64,000 nt of DNA from an uncultured Acidobacteriaceae bacterium (GTDB lineage: Bacteria; Acidobacteriota; Terriglobia; Bryobacterales; Bryobacteraceae), in contig CAWCJG010000009.1 of the NCBI GenBank assembly GCA_963795905.1, positions 342,097-406,096 of the forward strand. The letters are read 5' to 3'. The translations under genes were made by a program, and so were the position numbers. The notes beneath the pieces were generated by a model. It was not told where the DNA came from and searched no databases. It saw nothing but the letters and a program-made list of their open reading frames with translations. The first letter of the stretch is position 1; each line of letters begins with the position of its first letter. Below are positions 18,732-28,453 of the stretch, one piece after another.

Positions 18732-20669
18732 ATGGATTCACTGATGACATTCAATCCGCGCACTCGTCTAGCTGCGCGCATCGCGATTCTATCGGTCCTG
18801 TTGGGTGCCGTCGGGTCCGCGCAGACGACCGCTGCGACTCCCATGGGCGGTCCGGAATTGCTGAACACCTGGCGCGTCCAACCGGGTGACGATCCACGCT
18901 GGGCCGCTGCAGACTTCGACGATTCCTCCTGGAAAACCATACCCGCTGATAAGCAATGGGATGAGTTGGGAATCGGCAATTGGCGCGGGTATCTATGGTT
19001 TCGAACCCGCGTCGGGATACCCGATAAAGTGGGCCGCCTCGGCTTGATGCTGAACTTGATTGGCCCCAACGAAATTTTCGCCAACGGCAATCGTATTGGG
19101 CGCAGGGGCGATTTTCCTCCGCGCGGACTTCTTTACACGGAGTGCTCTAAGGTCTACTACTTCGAGCCGGGAACCGCACATTCCGTTGTCTTGGCAATCC
19201 GAGTCTGGCTGTGGCCGGTCCTGAACCGGATCGGCAGGCTGCCCGGAGCAGCGTACGTTGGCCCATCCGACGTAATACGGAAAGCGCATGAACTCGAATT
19301 GCGCGAAGTCTTGGATGGACGAATTCCGTCTCTCATGCTGCAGGTGCTGTACCTTGTGTTGACCTGCGGGCTCGTCGTCCTGTTCTTCTTGCAGCGCCAA
19401 CAAGTCGAGTACCTCTGGCTTTCTCTGGCGATCCTCGGCGCTGTTGTCGGTGGCGCCCTCGATACCTATGAGTTGCTCGAAGGTGTGTCCGCCGGCTGGG
19501 CGGGGCATGTAGATAGTGCGTTGTCAATTATGAGCGCAATCTGCCTGTTGGAGTTTATCTTCCGCTTTTTGCATGAAAGCGTGCCGAAATGGGTGAGGAT
19601 CTATCAAATCGTATTGGCGTTGAGCATTGTGCGAACGTACGCGGCGCTGCACGGCTGGATCTCGCTGACGGACTCGAATGTCCTACACCTGCTGCTCTAC
19701 ATTCCCTACTGGTTCGCCACACCGCTCATCGTGTTGTGGCGTTACTTCCGCGGCAACAAAGAAGCGGGGTTGTTGGCGATCCCGATATTCCTCATGTTCG
19801 CGATCGAAATGTCGGACAACATTCATTGGATTCTTTGGCGTTTGCGCCTCCGGTACACGGTCACGCCATTCTTTCCCGATCTGGACCTCGGATTGGTAAG
19901 CGTCGATCCAAGTTCAATCACACACTTTCTGTTTTTCCTGAGCATTGGCGCGGTCATCCTATATCGTTTTCAGAAGATTCGTTCGGATCAGGTGCGAGCG
20001 AAAGCGGAGTTGGAAGCGGCCCGCAGTATGCAGGAAGTTATGGTCCCCAGTTCTGTGGGTGCGCCCGGCTTTGTCATCGAGAGCGCCTATAGACCGGCTC
20101 AGGAGGTGGGCGGCGATTTCTTCCAGGTGATGCCCGGCGAGGACGGCTCCGTTTTAATCGTGATCGGCGATGTCAGCGGGAAAGGCTTGAAGGCGGCGAT
20201 GCTGGTCAGTCTGATCGTCGGCCTGATCCAACGCAGCGTGAAGGATACGCGCGACCCTGCAAAGGTGCTCTCGGATGTGAACGATCTGCTGTCTGGGGAA
20301 ATTCAGGACAGATTCGCTACGTGTTGCTGCGCCGTGATGTATCCCGACGGACGAATGGCCCTGGCAAACGCCGGCCACCTCGCGCCGTACTGCGGCGGGG
20401 TCGAGATACAAACCCCAGGCAGCATGCCGTTAGGAGTAACGCGTGGAATCGAATACGAACGCATCGAATTTCACGTGCCTCGGGGTCAACGGGTACTGTT
20501 CCTCTCGGACGGCGTAGTAGAGGCGCGCAACCAATCTGGCGAGTTGTACGGCTTCGAACGCACACGCGTGATCAGCGTGCAACCGGCTGACCAGATTGCG
20601 CAGGCTGCTCAGGACTTCGGACAGGAAGACGACATCACCGTGCTGGCGATTCAGCCGGCTCTCGGCTGA
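18732..20669 (+). CDS. 7TM receptor with extracellular galactose-binding-like domain and cytoplasmic PP2C/SpoIIE phosphatase
   Basis: Signal peptide, WRVQPGDDPRWAAADFDDSSWKTI sensor module and about 7 hydrophobic helices. The C-terminal SpoIIE region has VGGDFF...VIGDVSGKGLKAAM...NAGH...SDGVVEA...QEDDITV. The ATG at 18732 lies after the upstream terminator. Confidence 0.8.
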   Translation: MDSLMTFNPRTRLAARIAILSVLLGAVGSAQTTAATPMGGPELLNTWRVQPGDDPRWAAADFDDSSWKTIPADKQWDELGIGNWRGYLWFRTRVGIPDKVGRLGLMLNLIGPNEIFANGNRIGRRGDFPPRGLLYTECSKVYYFEPGTAHSVVLAIRVWLWPVLNRIGRLPGAAYVGPSDVIRKAHELELREVLDGRIPSLMLQVLYLVLTCGLVVLFFLQRQQVEYLWLSLAILGAVVGGALDTYELLEGVSAGWAGHVDSALSIMSAICLLEFIFRFLHESVPKWVRIYQIVLALSIVRTYAALHGWISLTDSNVLHLLLYIPYWFATPLIVLWRYFRGNKEAGLLAIPIFLMFAIEMSDNIHWILWRLRLRYTVTPFFPDLDLGLVSVDPSSITHFLFFLSIGAVILYRFQKIRSDQVRAKAELEAARSMQEVMVPSSVGAPGFVIESAYRPAQEVGGDFFQVMPGEDGSVLIVIGDVSGKGLKAAMLVSLIVGLIQRSVKDTRDPAKVLSDVNDLLSGEIQDRFATCCCAVMYPDGRMALANAGHLAPYCGGVEIQTPGSMPLGVTRGIEYERIEFHVPRGQRVLFLSDGVVEARNQSGELYGFERTRVISVQPADQIAQAAQDFGQEDDITVLAIQPALG

Positions 20670-21756
20670 CTCGTACCGGAAAGAACTCATGGCCTCGCGC
20701 GCGGATGGGCCAAGTATCCACGATTTGCCCAGACTGCACGGCCAAGGCCTCGTCAAACATATTAACGGTCGGGCAGATGTGCTTCGGCAATAGATAGAGC
20801 TGCTCTCCGAGCGCGGGGATCGCGGCGCCAGGCGGAACGCGAATGGGCAGGTGCTCCTCGCTTGGCTTGAGCGGCTCGAGTTCCGGACGGCCCAAAACTG
20901 CACAGTTCGGCACGCCGGAATCGACCGACACGCTCTTGTGGCCGGCATCGCAGGTAACAATATTCGGAGACGGGTGGCTCACCACCGTCGCCATCACAAG
21001 CGCGGCGGGTGTGAATCCTACATCGGGCAACTGCCGAAGGCTGTTGAGGTCGTTGAACACAACAGTACCCGGCGAGACGCGATGTTGAAACGCAGCGTTG
21101 CGGAATGGCTCGAACGCTAAGGCGGCCCGAGACGCGGGAGTTCCAGAAGTAATCAATTCGCCAACCGGCATCCCGAGTCCCTCCACAATGTGAAGCAGCT
21201 CCGCGTAGCCCGCCTGGGCCTGTTTGACGTCATCGGGCGAAAGGTGGCCGTCATAGAAGTGCAGCCCGCGAAACCGGTCTCCGGCTAAATGCGCCAGCCG
21301 CCGAATCTCGTCTATGCGGCCAGGCAGGAGACCGGTGCGGTTCATTCCCGGATTGATATCGATGAAAAGGTCGAGGCCTGCAAACTGGTCTTCCGATTCC
21401 GCGAGAGTCGACACCCGTGTATTTGGGAAAGCCGCGGCGATGTCGCGGATACGCTCGGCGGTTCTAGGCGCGACAGGCATGGCGAAGAGCACATCTGGCA
21501 TGCCCTCCTCGCAACACATGAGCAGTTCAAGAGTGGTCGAGACTTTCGTTGCGCGAACACCGCTTTCGATAAGCATGCGAATAACCTGCGGGGATTTAAC
21601 AGTTTTGACATGCGGACGCCAGCGAGACGCATCTCCGCCCATCAGTCGAATGGCCGACTCCACGTTCGCGCGCACTTGTTCGGGGTAAATCAGCAGCGCT
21701 GGAGTGAGTACGTTTCCCGGATCCGTGAGTCGGTAAGTGTCCACGCTGCGGATCAT
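20635..21756 (-). CDS. D-TA family PLP-dependent enzyme (alanine-racemase-fold; D-threonine aldolase / D-serine dehydratase-like)
   Basis: 373 aa with TPALLIYPEQVRANV...RPHVKTVK (PLP-lysine context). The C-terminal domain has EEHLPI. Its 3-prime end overlaps the convergent phosphatase gene by 35 nt. Confidence 0.75.
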   Translation of the reverse strand: MIRSVDTYRLTDPGNVLTPALLIYPEQVRANVESAIRLMGGDASRWRPHVKTVKSPQVIRMLIESGVRATKVSTTLELLMCCEEGMPDVLFAMPVAPRTAERIRDIAAAFPNTRVSTLAESEDQFAGLDLFIDINPGMNRTGLLPGRIDEIRRLAHLAGDRFRGLHFYDGHLSPDDVKQAQAGYAELLHIVEGLGMPVGELITSGTPASRAALAFEPFRNAAFQHRVSPGTVVFNDLNSLRQLPDVGFTPAALVMATVVSHPSPNIVTCDAGHKSVSVDSGVPNCAVLGRPELEPLKPSEEHLPIRVPPGAAIPALGEQLYLLPKHICPTVNMFDEALAVQSGQIVDTWPIRARGHEFFPVRVSREPAESPAR

Positions 21757-21805
21757 AGCAGGCGGACGGATGAACCAGAATGGCGTTTGGCTTCATCTAT
21801 GAGAA

Positions 21806-22195
21806 ATGGGTTTTCTTGACAACCTCGAGAGTTCTCTGAACAGTCTGGAGCGGACCGAGGAGCGGGATGCTTCTCACTCGCAAAGGCGAGCGGAGGAACG
21901 CAATAGGGCCCTTGCCGAGGGACCGGCTGCGGATCAACTGAAAAACGGTGCCTGGACGAGAGATCTGTTCGAGAAGGCAGCCATTGTCGGCCACCGGCTG
22001 CGGACGAAGATTTACATTGGTTGGGTAGGGTCCATGCTGCGCTTGGAAGCGAAAGGGCGCGCGCTGGAGTTGACGCCAGGAGCGGGTGGTGTGACCGCAC
22101 GCTATGAAAAAGAGGGACAACCCGTCACCGAGCCGGTCGATTTCGACTCTACTCCAGAAGACCTGTTAAACAGGTGGTTGAGCGAGGGGAAATGA
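21806..22195 (+). CDS. hypothetical protein
   Basis: 129-aa ORF with an ATG start and coding-like composition. Its stop overlaps the next start (ATGA). Confidence 0.5.
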   Translation: MGFLDNLESSLNSLERTEERDASHSQRRAEERNRALAEGPAADQLKNGAWTRDLFEKAAIVGHRLRTKIYIGWVGSMLRLEAKGRALELTPGAGGVTARYEKEGQPVTEPVDFDSTPEDLLNRWLSEGK

Positions 22196-22647
22196 CAAAT
22201 ACAGAAGTTTATGCCGGGGCAGTAGCTGTGGGCGCATTGGCGGGAATTCGTTCCATGTCCGGGCCGGCGCTCGCAAGCGAAGTGGTTCCTCCCGAGAAGA
22301 TGCCCATCGGTCCGGTCGCGCTGAAGGCTCTCGCGCTCGGCGAGTTCGTAGCAGATAAGCTGCCCTTCATGCCCGACCGGACCAGCGTTATCCCTCTGAT
22401 TGGCCGGGCCGTCATGGGCGGACTCAGCGGAGCGGCGATCTGCTCCTCAAAGAAGCGTTCGGTTGCACTTGGAGCCGCCTTGGGAGCACTGGCCGCCGTG
22501 GGAATGTCTTTTGTGGCATTCAAGCTACGCAAGAAATTGTCCTCTGCCATGCCCGGCTTTCTGGTCGGATTGGCGGAAGACGTCGTAGTGACCGGCGCTG
22601 GATCCTTTATCGTGAACAGCCTCGGGCGGCCGGCAATCACCGGCTGA
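22192..22647 (+). CDS. DUF4126 family membrane protein
   Basis: Gly/Ala-rich TM segments and the GEFVADKLPFMPDRTS motif characteristic of DUF4126. Confidence 0.7.
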   Translation: MTNTEVYAGAVAVGALAGIRSMSGPALASEVVPPEKMPIGPVALKALALGEFVADKLPFMPDRTSVIPLIGRAVMGGLSGAAICSSKKRSVALGAALGALAAVGMSFVAFKLRKKLSSAMPGFLVGLAEDVVVTGAGSFIVNSLGRPAITG

Positions 22648-22671
22648 GCCGGGGCGCGGATCACGCATCGG

Positions 22672-23271
22672 TTACGGACGGGAGCGCTGCCGGTCGTAGA
22701 ATGTTCGAGCCTTATTTCTATTGCCGCAATCGGCCATTCTGCACCAGCGTCGTCTCCTACCGTTCGAAAGATCCACAAACAACCATCCGCAGCTGTCATC
22801 AGCACATAGGCGCACCAGATTGAGCGGCCCTGAAGTCAACAGTTGAGCTGCTTCGGAAAGAATCGTATGAAGCAAGACGTCGGCATAATTGCTGTCGTCC
22901 CGCCATACCCAGCTTCCGGTATGCTTGACGACGATTAACCGGCGCTTATTCTGGCATGCATGTAATTCCGCATCGATGTGGTGAACCGCCGCGCCCGGGA
23001 TGCGTTTTACGAGTGCGATTGCGCTGAAGACGGAAAAGACAGACTCGCGCGCTTCGATGATCCGCTGAAAGCAGTGCTCCGTCATGGGCCGTAGTTCCGC
23101 CAACGCTTCTCGGCAACCCAGGTCGGCTTGATCTACCCATCGGTACATATCGCGCTCGCTCTGCATGCGGTCCACTCGTAGATCAGCGTCCAAGCGGTAG
23201 GCAACTGTGTTCGCAAAATCGAGCGCCACGTTGCCGGCTACGAACTGAAAAACAGGTGTCGTCCCATCCAT
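22672..23271 (-). CDS. CGNR zinc-finger (ABATE domain) protein
   Basis: C-terminal C..DSCGWLFVDLSNGRRRRWCRMADCGNRNKARTFY is the CGNR zinc-finger signature. Confidence 0.85.
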   Translation of the reverse strand: MDGTTPVFQFVAGNVALDFANTVAYRLDADLRVDRMQSERDMYRWVDQADLGCREALAELRPMTEHCFQRIIEARESVFSVFSAIALVKRIPGAAVHHIDAELHACQNKRRLIVVKHTGSWVWRDDSNYADVLLHTILSEAAQLLTSGPLNLVRLCADDSCGWLFVDLSNGRRRRWCRMADCGNRNKARTFYDRQRSRP

Positions 23272-23347
23272 AGCCGCTACCTCAATCTAGCCGTTTTCGC
23301 ATTCTAACCGCTCCGTCTATCTCGACCGGTTATGTTAGCATTGCTCG

Positions 23348-24709
23348 ATGGAGCCGCGGATGCATCGAGCCACCCGATCGTTATCTCTCGTCCTGACGAT
23401 CGCAGCTTTGATTCCGACGCCCATGGCCGCTGCTGCAGGGGCGGACACAAGTAAGCCGGTTGCTCTTGGAATATCAAAAGTTTCATTGACCGGCCCGTGG
23501 AAGTTTCATGTGGGCGACGCCCCCCGATGGGCAGAGATCGCTTTCGATGACAGCGGTTGGGAGTCGGTGGACTTGACACCGCCTCCGGGAGCGCATGACG
23601 GGGATGTCGGGCTCACCGGCTATGTCCCCGGATGGGGAAGCCGCGGCCATCCAGGATATGCGGGATACGCCTGGTACCGGCTGCATCTTGCGTTATCCAC
23701 ACCGCCGAACGCGAAGATTGCTTTGGCCGGACCTCCGGCGGTCGACAGTGCGTACCAGATCTTCTTTAACGGTCGACTCCTGGGCCAAATTGGCCGGTTT
23801 TCCAAGACACCGCCTGCCGTTGTCAGCATTCAACCCCGCGTCTTTGCCCTACCATTCCTATCGCCAGCAGCCGAGGTCCAAAATTGCGTAATTGCCGTGC
23901 GGGTGTGGATGGGCGCTTGGGATCTGGATGATCCGTCCGCCGGGGGCATTCACATTGCGCCCGCCATTGGGTTAGCTGACGAGATTCACGCTCTCAACAA
24001 AACGCAATGGATCCAGACTGTGAAGGGTTACTTGTTAGAAGTTGTCGAGGCGGCGGTATTTGTGGGCCTCGCATGGATGGCTTGGGCGCTGCGAACGTTT
24101 GAAGAGTCACGCACAGCATATGCTTGGCTTTGTGCGGCTCTCATCTTCACCGCAATGTATCGGGCAAATCAAGCCTTATTCTTCTGGGGACAATTTGAGA
24201 CCGTCCAACCATTCGAAGTAGTCAGCCTGGTTCTTCTTACACCGCTTTCACTTGTTGCCTGGACCTTTGCCGCACTGCTTCGGGTCCGTCCGCCCCGCAT
24301 GCAACGAATCGCATCCATCCTGATGACACTAGGATTTTTGTACGTCACCGCACAAGCATTAACCGTTTTACGGATAGCCGGACCAATGGCTTCCGCCGTT
24401 GCAGCGATCCGGATATGCTTTGTGGGTTTCTTTCTTCTTGCGATCTACCTGGCAATCCGGCAACGGCAATGGGCATCCTCGGCGCTGATGTTGCTCATCG
24501 CAACTGCACAGTTCGCCAGAGAGCTATCGAAGCTAGGCGTCCCGGGTATATGGTTTCCGTTCGGGACCGGTGTTTCCCGCGCGCAATACGCGTACGCCGT
24601 CTTCGATGTTCTGCTATTCGGTTGTATGTTCGAGCGATTCTTGCGGCTCGCACAGCACCGCCACGATCACGCTCCAGCGCCTTCAGCTCTTATTGAACAA
24701 ATCCGCTAA
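23348..24709 (+). CDS. 7TM sensor-domain protein (paralogue of the 18732 sensor module, no output domain)
   Basis: Signal peptide, GPWKFHVGDAPRWAEIAFDDSGWESV module, then about 7 TM helices. It ends about 40 aa after the last helix. Confidence 0.7.
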   Translation: MEPRMHRATRSLSLVLTIAALIPTPMAAAAGADTSKPVALGISKVSLTGPWKFHVGDAPRWAEIAFDDSGWESVDLTPPPGAHDGDVGLTGYVPGWGSRGHPGYAGYAWYRLHLALSTPPNAKIALAGPPAVDSAYQIFFNGRLLGQIGRFSKTPPAVVSIQPRVFALPFLSPAAEVQNCVIAVRVWMGAWDLDDPSAGGIHIAPAIGLADEIHALNKTQWIQTVKGYLLEVVEAAVFVGLAWMAWALRTFEESRTAYAWLCAALIFTAMYRANQALFFWGQFETVQPFEVVSLVLLTPLSLVAWTFAALLRVRPPRMQRIASILMTLGFLYVTAQALTVLRIAGPMASAVAAIRICFVGFFLLAIYLAIRQRQWASSALMLLIATAQFARELSKLGVPGIWFPFGTGVSRAQYAYAVFDVLLFGCMFERFLRLAQHRHDHAPAPSALIEQIR

Positions 24710-24740
24710 TACTGCGGAGTTCTTCCGCGCCTGGTTGCCG

Positions 24741-27700
24741 CTACTCAATCACCAACAGTAAGTCGTGCGCCTCGACGCGATCGCCCGCTTTTGCCAACAC
24801 CTGCTTGACGGTGCCGGCCCTGGGCGACTGAACTGTCGTTTGCATCTTCATCGCTTCCATCACAACCAGGCGATCTCCCTTGCTCGCACATGCTCGCCGA
24901 TCTGCACATGCACCAGCGTGACCGCGCCTGGAATCGGCGCGCCCACTTCGCCCGGATTGCCCGCCGTCGCTTTCCGGCGCGTCTCTTGCGTCTGCTTCAC
25001 AGAGCGGTCTTGTACCTCGATTTCGCGCGGTTGACCGTTTAATTCAAAAAATACCGATCGCGTTCCATCCGCCTTTGGTTCGCCGACGGTCTGCAAGCGC
25101 ACGAACAGCGTCTTTCCGGGCTCGAGTTCGACTGTCGTCTCACTGCGCTCTTCAAGTCCATACAAGAACGGCGCAGTCGGTAAAACATCGAGTTCTCCGT
25201 ATTTCGCGCGCGCATCTGCAAACTTCAAGAACACATCCGGATACATCAGGTAACTCATCAGATCGGTGCGGCTCGAAGATCCGGTTTTGGCGGTTACCTC
25301 TCTGCGCCGCTGCATCCAGATCCACCGGCGCCAGTGCCGCTCCGGGGCGGCCTCGGCTATTGGCTTTCGACCGCGCAGTACGTTTTCTTGCACATCCCGC
25401 GGCCATCCTCCCTCGGGCTGGCCGAGCGAGCCCATAAACATATCCACCACCGAGTTCGGGAACGACAACTGCGCGCTCGCCGCAGGATCTCTCAGCACAT
25501 TGACGCTTAGATTGTGGCTGACCAGATACAGCGCCATGTCGCCCACAACCTTGCTGGACGGCGTGACTTTCACGATGTCGCCGAACGCAAAGTTCACGTC
25601 CGCGTACATGCGCGCCACCTCCGGCCAGCGAGCCCCCAGCCCCATCGACTCCGCCTGTTCCTCAGAGTTCGTATACTGTCCGCCCGGCATTTCGTGAATA
25701 TACACGTCCGCTGCGCCTGACTTCGGCGCATTGTCGAACGCCGCGTAATAAGTCCGCACCGTCTCCCAATAATTCGAGCAACGGTTCAGCGCATCGAAAC
25801 TCAACCCGGTGTCGCGTTCGGTGTGTGCCAGTGCCGCCACAATGGAGTTCAGATTCGGCTGGCTCGTCGCGCCGCTCATGGATGAGATCGCGCCATCGGC
25901 CACATCGACGCCTGCCTCGGCTGCCTTGAGAATCGTCGCCGCATTGATGCCGCTCGTATCGTGCGTGTGCAGATGAATCGGCAGGCCGGTCTCTTCACGC
26001 AGCGTCTTTACCAGTTTGTACGCCGAATACGGTTTCAGCAGCCCCGCCATGTCCTTGATGCCGAGGATATGCGTGCCCATCTGCTTCAGTTCTTTCGCGA
26101 GGCGGACATAATACTCAAGCGAATACTTCTCCCGCGCGGGATCGAGAATGTCGCCCGTGTAGCAGATCGCGGCCTCGCAGATACGGCCCGTCTTCAACGT
26201 CGCCTCAACCGCGACCTGCATGTTCGGCATCCAGTTCAGCGAATCGAAGATGCGGAAAATATCAATGCCCTGCGCCGCGGCTTCACGAATGAACTCGGCA
26301 ACCACGTTGTCCGGATACGCCGTGTAGCCCACAGCATTCGAAGCACGCAGCAGCATCTGAAAACAGATGTTTGGAATGCGCTCGCGCAACTGCTGCAGCC
26401 GTTTCCATGGGTCTTCCAGCAGAAAGCGCATCGCCACGTCGAATGTCGCGCCGCCCCACATTTCGATGCTGAACAGCCCCGAAAGCTCCTTCGCCACATA
26501 ATCGGCAACGTGCAGCATGTCGTAGGTGCGCACCCGCGTCGCCATCAGCGATTGATGCGCATCCCGAAATGTGGTGTCGGTCATCAGGAGACGGCCTCTG
26601 CTGCTGCGTCCACTTCGCAAACTCATGCGGTCCCATGCGATCGAGCAGCTGGCGCGTACCTTGCGGAATGTGCTGCTTCTCCGAATGCGGAACGGCAGCT
26701 TCGCGGATAACGGCGGGACGCGGCCGGTTCGCCACCTCCGGATTTCCGTTGACGATAATCTCGCCCAGGTACCGCAGCAGCTTCGTCGCACGATCCCGCC
26801 GCGGCTGAAATTGAAACAGCTCCGGACTCTCATCGAGAAACGAAGTAGTCGCCTGCCCCGATCGGAAGGTCGGGTGGTTCACCACGTTCTCGAGGAAAGG
26901 AATATTCGTCTTCACGCCGCGAATGCGAAACTCGCGCAGCGCGCGATCCATGCGATCACAGCTCTGATCGAAATTCGATCCCCATGCGCTCACCTTCACC
27001 AGCAGCGAATCGTAAAACGGAGGGATCGTCGCACCGCCGTAAGCCGACGCGCCATCCAGTCGAATGCCAAATCCGGCCGGAGAACGGTAGGTCTGCAACC
27101 GGCCATAATCCGGGACGAAGTTGTTCGCCGGATCCTCCGTCGTAACGCGGCATTGGATGGCAACGCCGTGCAGCGGAAGTTCTTCTTGCGGCGGCAGGCC
27201 CATCTCTGGGCCGTGCAGCCGAAGACCTTGCGCCACCTGAATCTGCGATCGCACAAGGTCAACCCCGGTCACCATCTCGGTCACCGTGTGCTCTACCTGA
27301 ATACGCGGATTGACCTCAATGAAGAACCACTCGTGGGTATCGGCATCGACCAGAAACTCCACCGTCCCCGCGTTGTAGTAGCCCGCCGCTTTCGCAAGCG
27401 TGACCGCCGCGTCCGCCAATTCGCGCCTGACACTCTGCGGGAGCGCAAATGCCGGCGCAATCTCAACCACCTTCTGATGCCGTCGCTGCACGGAGCAATC
27501 GCGCTCATACAGGTGCAGGATGTTGCCATCGCGATCGCCCAGAATCTGTACTTCAATGTGCTTGGCGCGCCGGATGAACCGTTCGAGAAACACTGCATTA
27601 TTGCCGAACGCCGAGCCCGCCTCAGACGACGCCTCGCTCAATTTGGCGGCAAACTCAGCAGGTGATTGCACGACGCGCATGCCGCGCCCGCCGCCGCCAA

Positions 27701-28184
27701 ACGCCGCTTTGATAATCAGCGGAAAGCCAATTTCACGCGCCACCCGATCGACATCGACTTTCGCCGGATCCACCGGATTTTCCGTCCCGGGAACGACACG
27801 AATGCCCGCCTTTTGCGCCAGCTTTCTCGCGGCGGTTTTGTCGCCGAGCATCTCGAGAATTTCCGCGTTCGGCCCGATGAACGTGATTCCCGCGCGCTCG
27901 CAGGCTCTCGGAAGAGCCGGGTTCTCCGCCAGAAAGCCATACCCGGGATGAATGGCGTCTACTTCCTTTTCAACCGCGACGGCGATCGCTGTCTCGATAT
28001 CCAGATACGCCTGGACCGGACCCTTGCCGTGACCGATCAGATACGATTCGTCGGCTTTGAAACGGTGCAGGCTGAGCCGGTCCTCCTCGGAATAAACCGC
28101 AACCGTCCGCAGCTTGAGTTCGCTGGCCGCCCGCAGGATTCGAATGGCAATTTCACCGCGATTGAGCGCAAGAAGTTTCTTCAT
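24741..28184 (-). pseudogene. pyc: pyruvate carboxylase (single-chain), frame broken about 4 times (most likely sequence error)
   Basis: Biotin carboxylase domain (KKLLALNRGEIAIRILRA, GGGGRGMR, EVNPRIQVEHTVTE). Carboxyltransferase domain (LMTDTTFRDAHQSL, HTHDTSG). The biotinyl domain VMEAMKMQTTV is recovered only by own translation of a third frame, with its stop at 24741-24743. Shifts near 26590, 25350, 25300 and 24887. Confidence 0.85.
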
Positions 28185-28309
28185 TCCCAAATCAACATGA
28201 TGGAGCATGCGGCTTTTCGCTCCGCCAAACCGGGGTTTTCACAAAAAAGCAGTAGCCCTGAGATTTACCCGTAGACACTCGCACTTGTCTTGTGAGGGCA
28301 AGTTGTTCC

Positions 28310-28453
28310 ATGATTCACCTCAGCCGTATGCTCTGCTCGTTCCTCGGACACCGCTACCGGTTTGTTCGCGATCCGAAATCTCGTATCGGGGCAGAGTTTT
28401 GCGTCTGCTCCCGCTGTCAGGTGCGCCTGACGGACCTCGCTTTATCCCGCTAA
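28310..28453 (+). CDS. possible 47-aa small Cys protein (C..FGH...C.RC type, DUF1660-like)
   Basis: Own translation: MIHLSRMLCSFLGHRYRFVRDPKSRIGAEFCVCSRCQVRLTDLALSR. Too short for the ORF track. Its 3-prime end overlaps the convergent PGM gene by 12 nt. Confidence 0.3.
   Translation: MIHLSRMLCSFLGHRYRFVRDPKSRIGAEFCVCSRCQVRLTDLALSR

Noticed and set aside
26571-27665. 364-aa plus-strand ORF antisense to pyruvate carboxylase
   Set aside because: Arg/Leu/His/Gln-rich low-complexity translation lying entirely inside a well-supported gene on the other strand. This is a typical high-GC shadow ORF.
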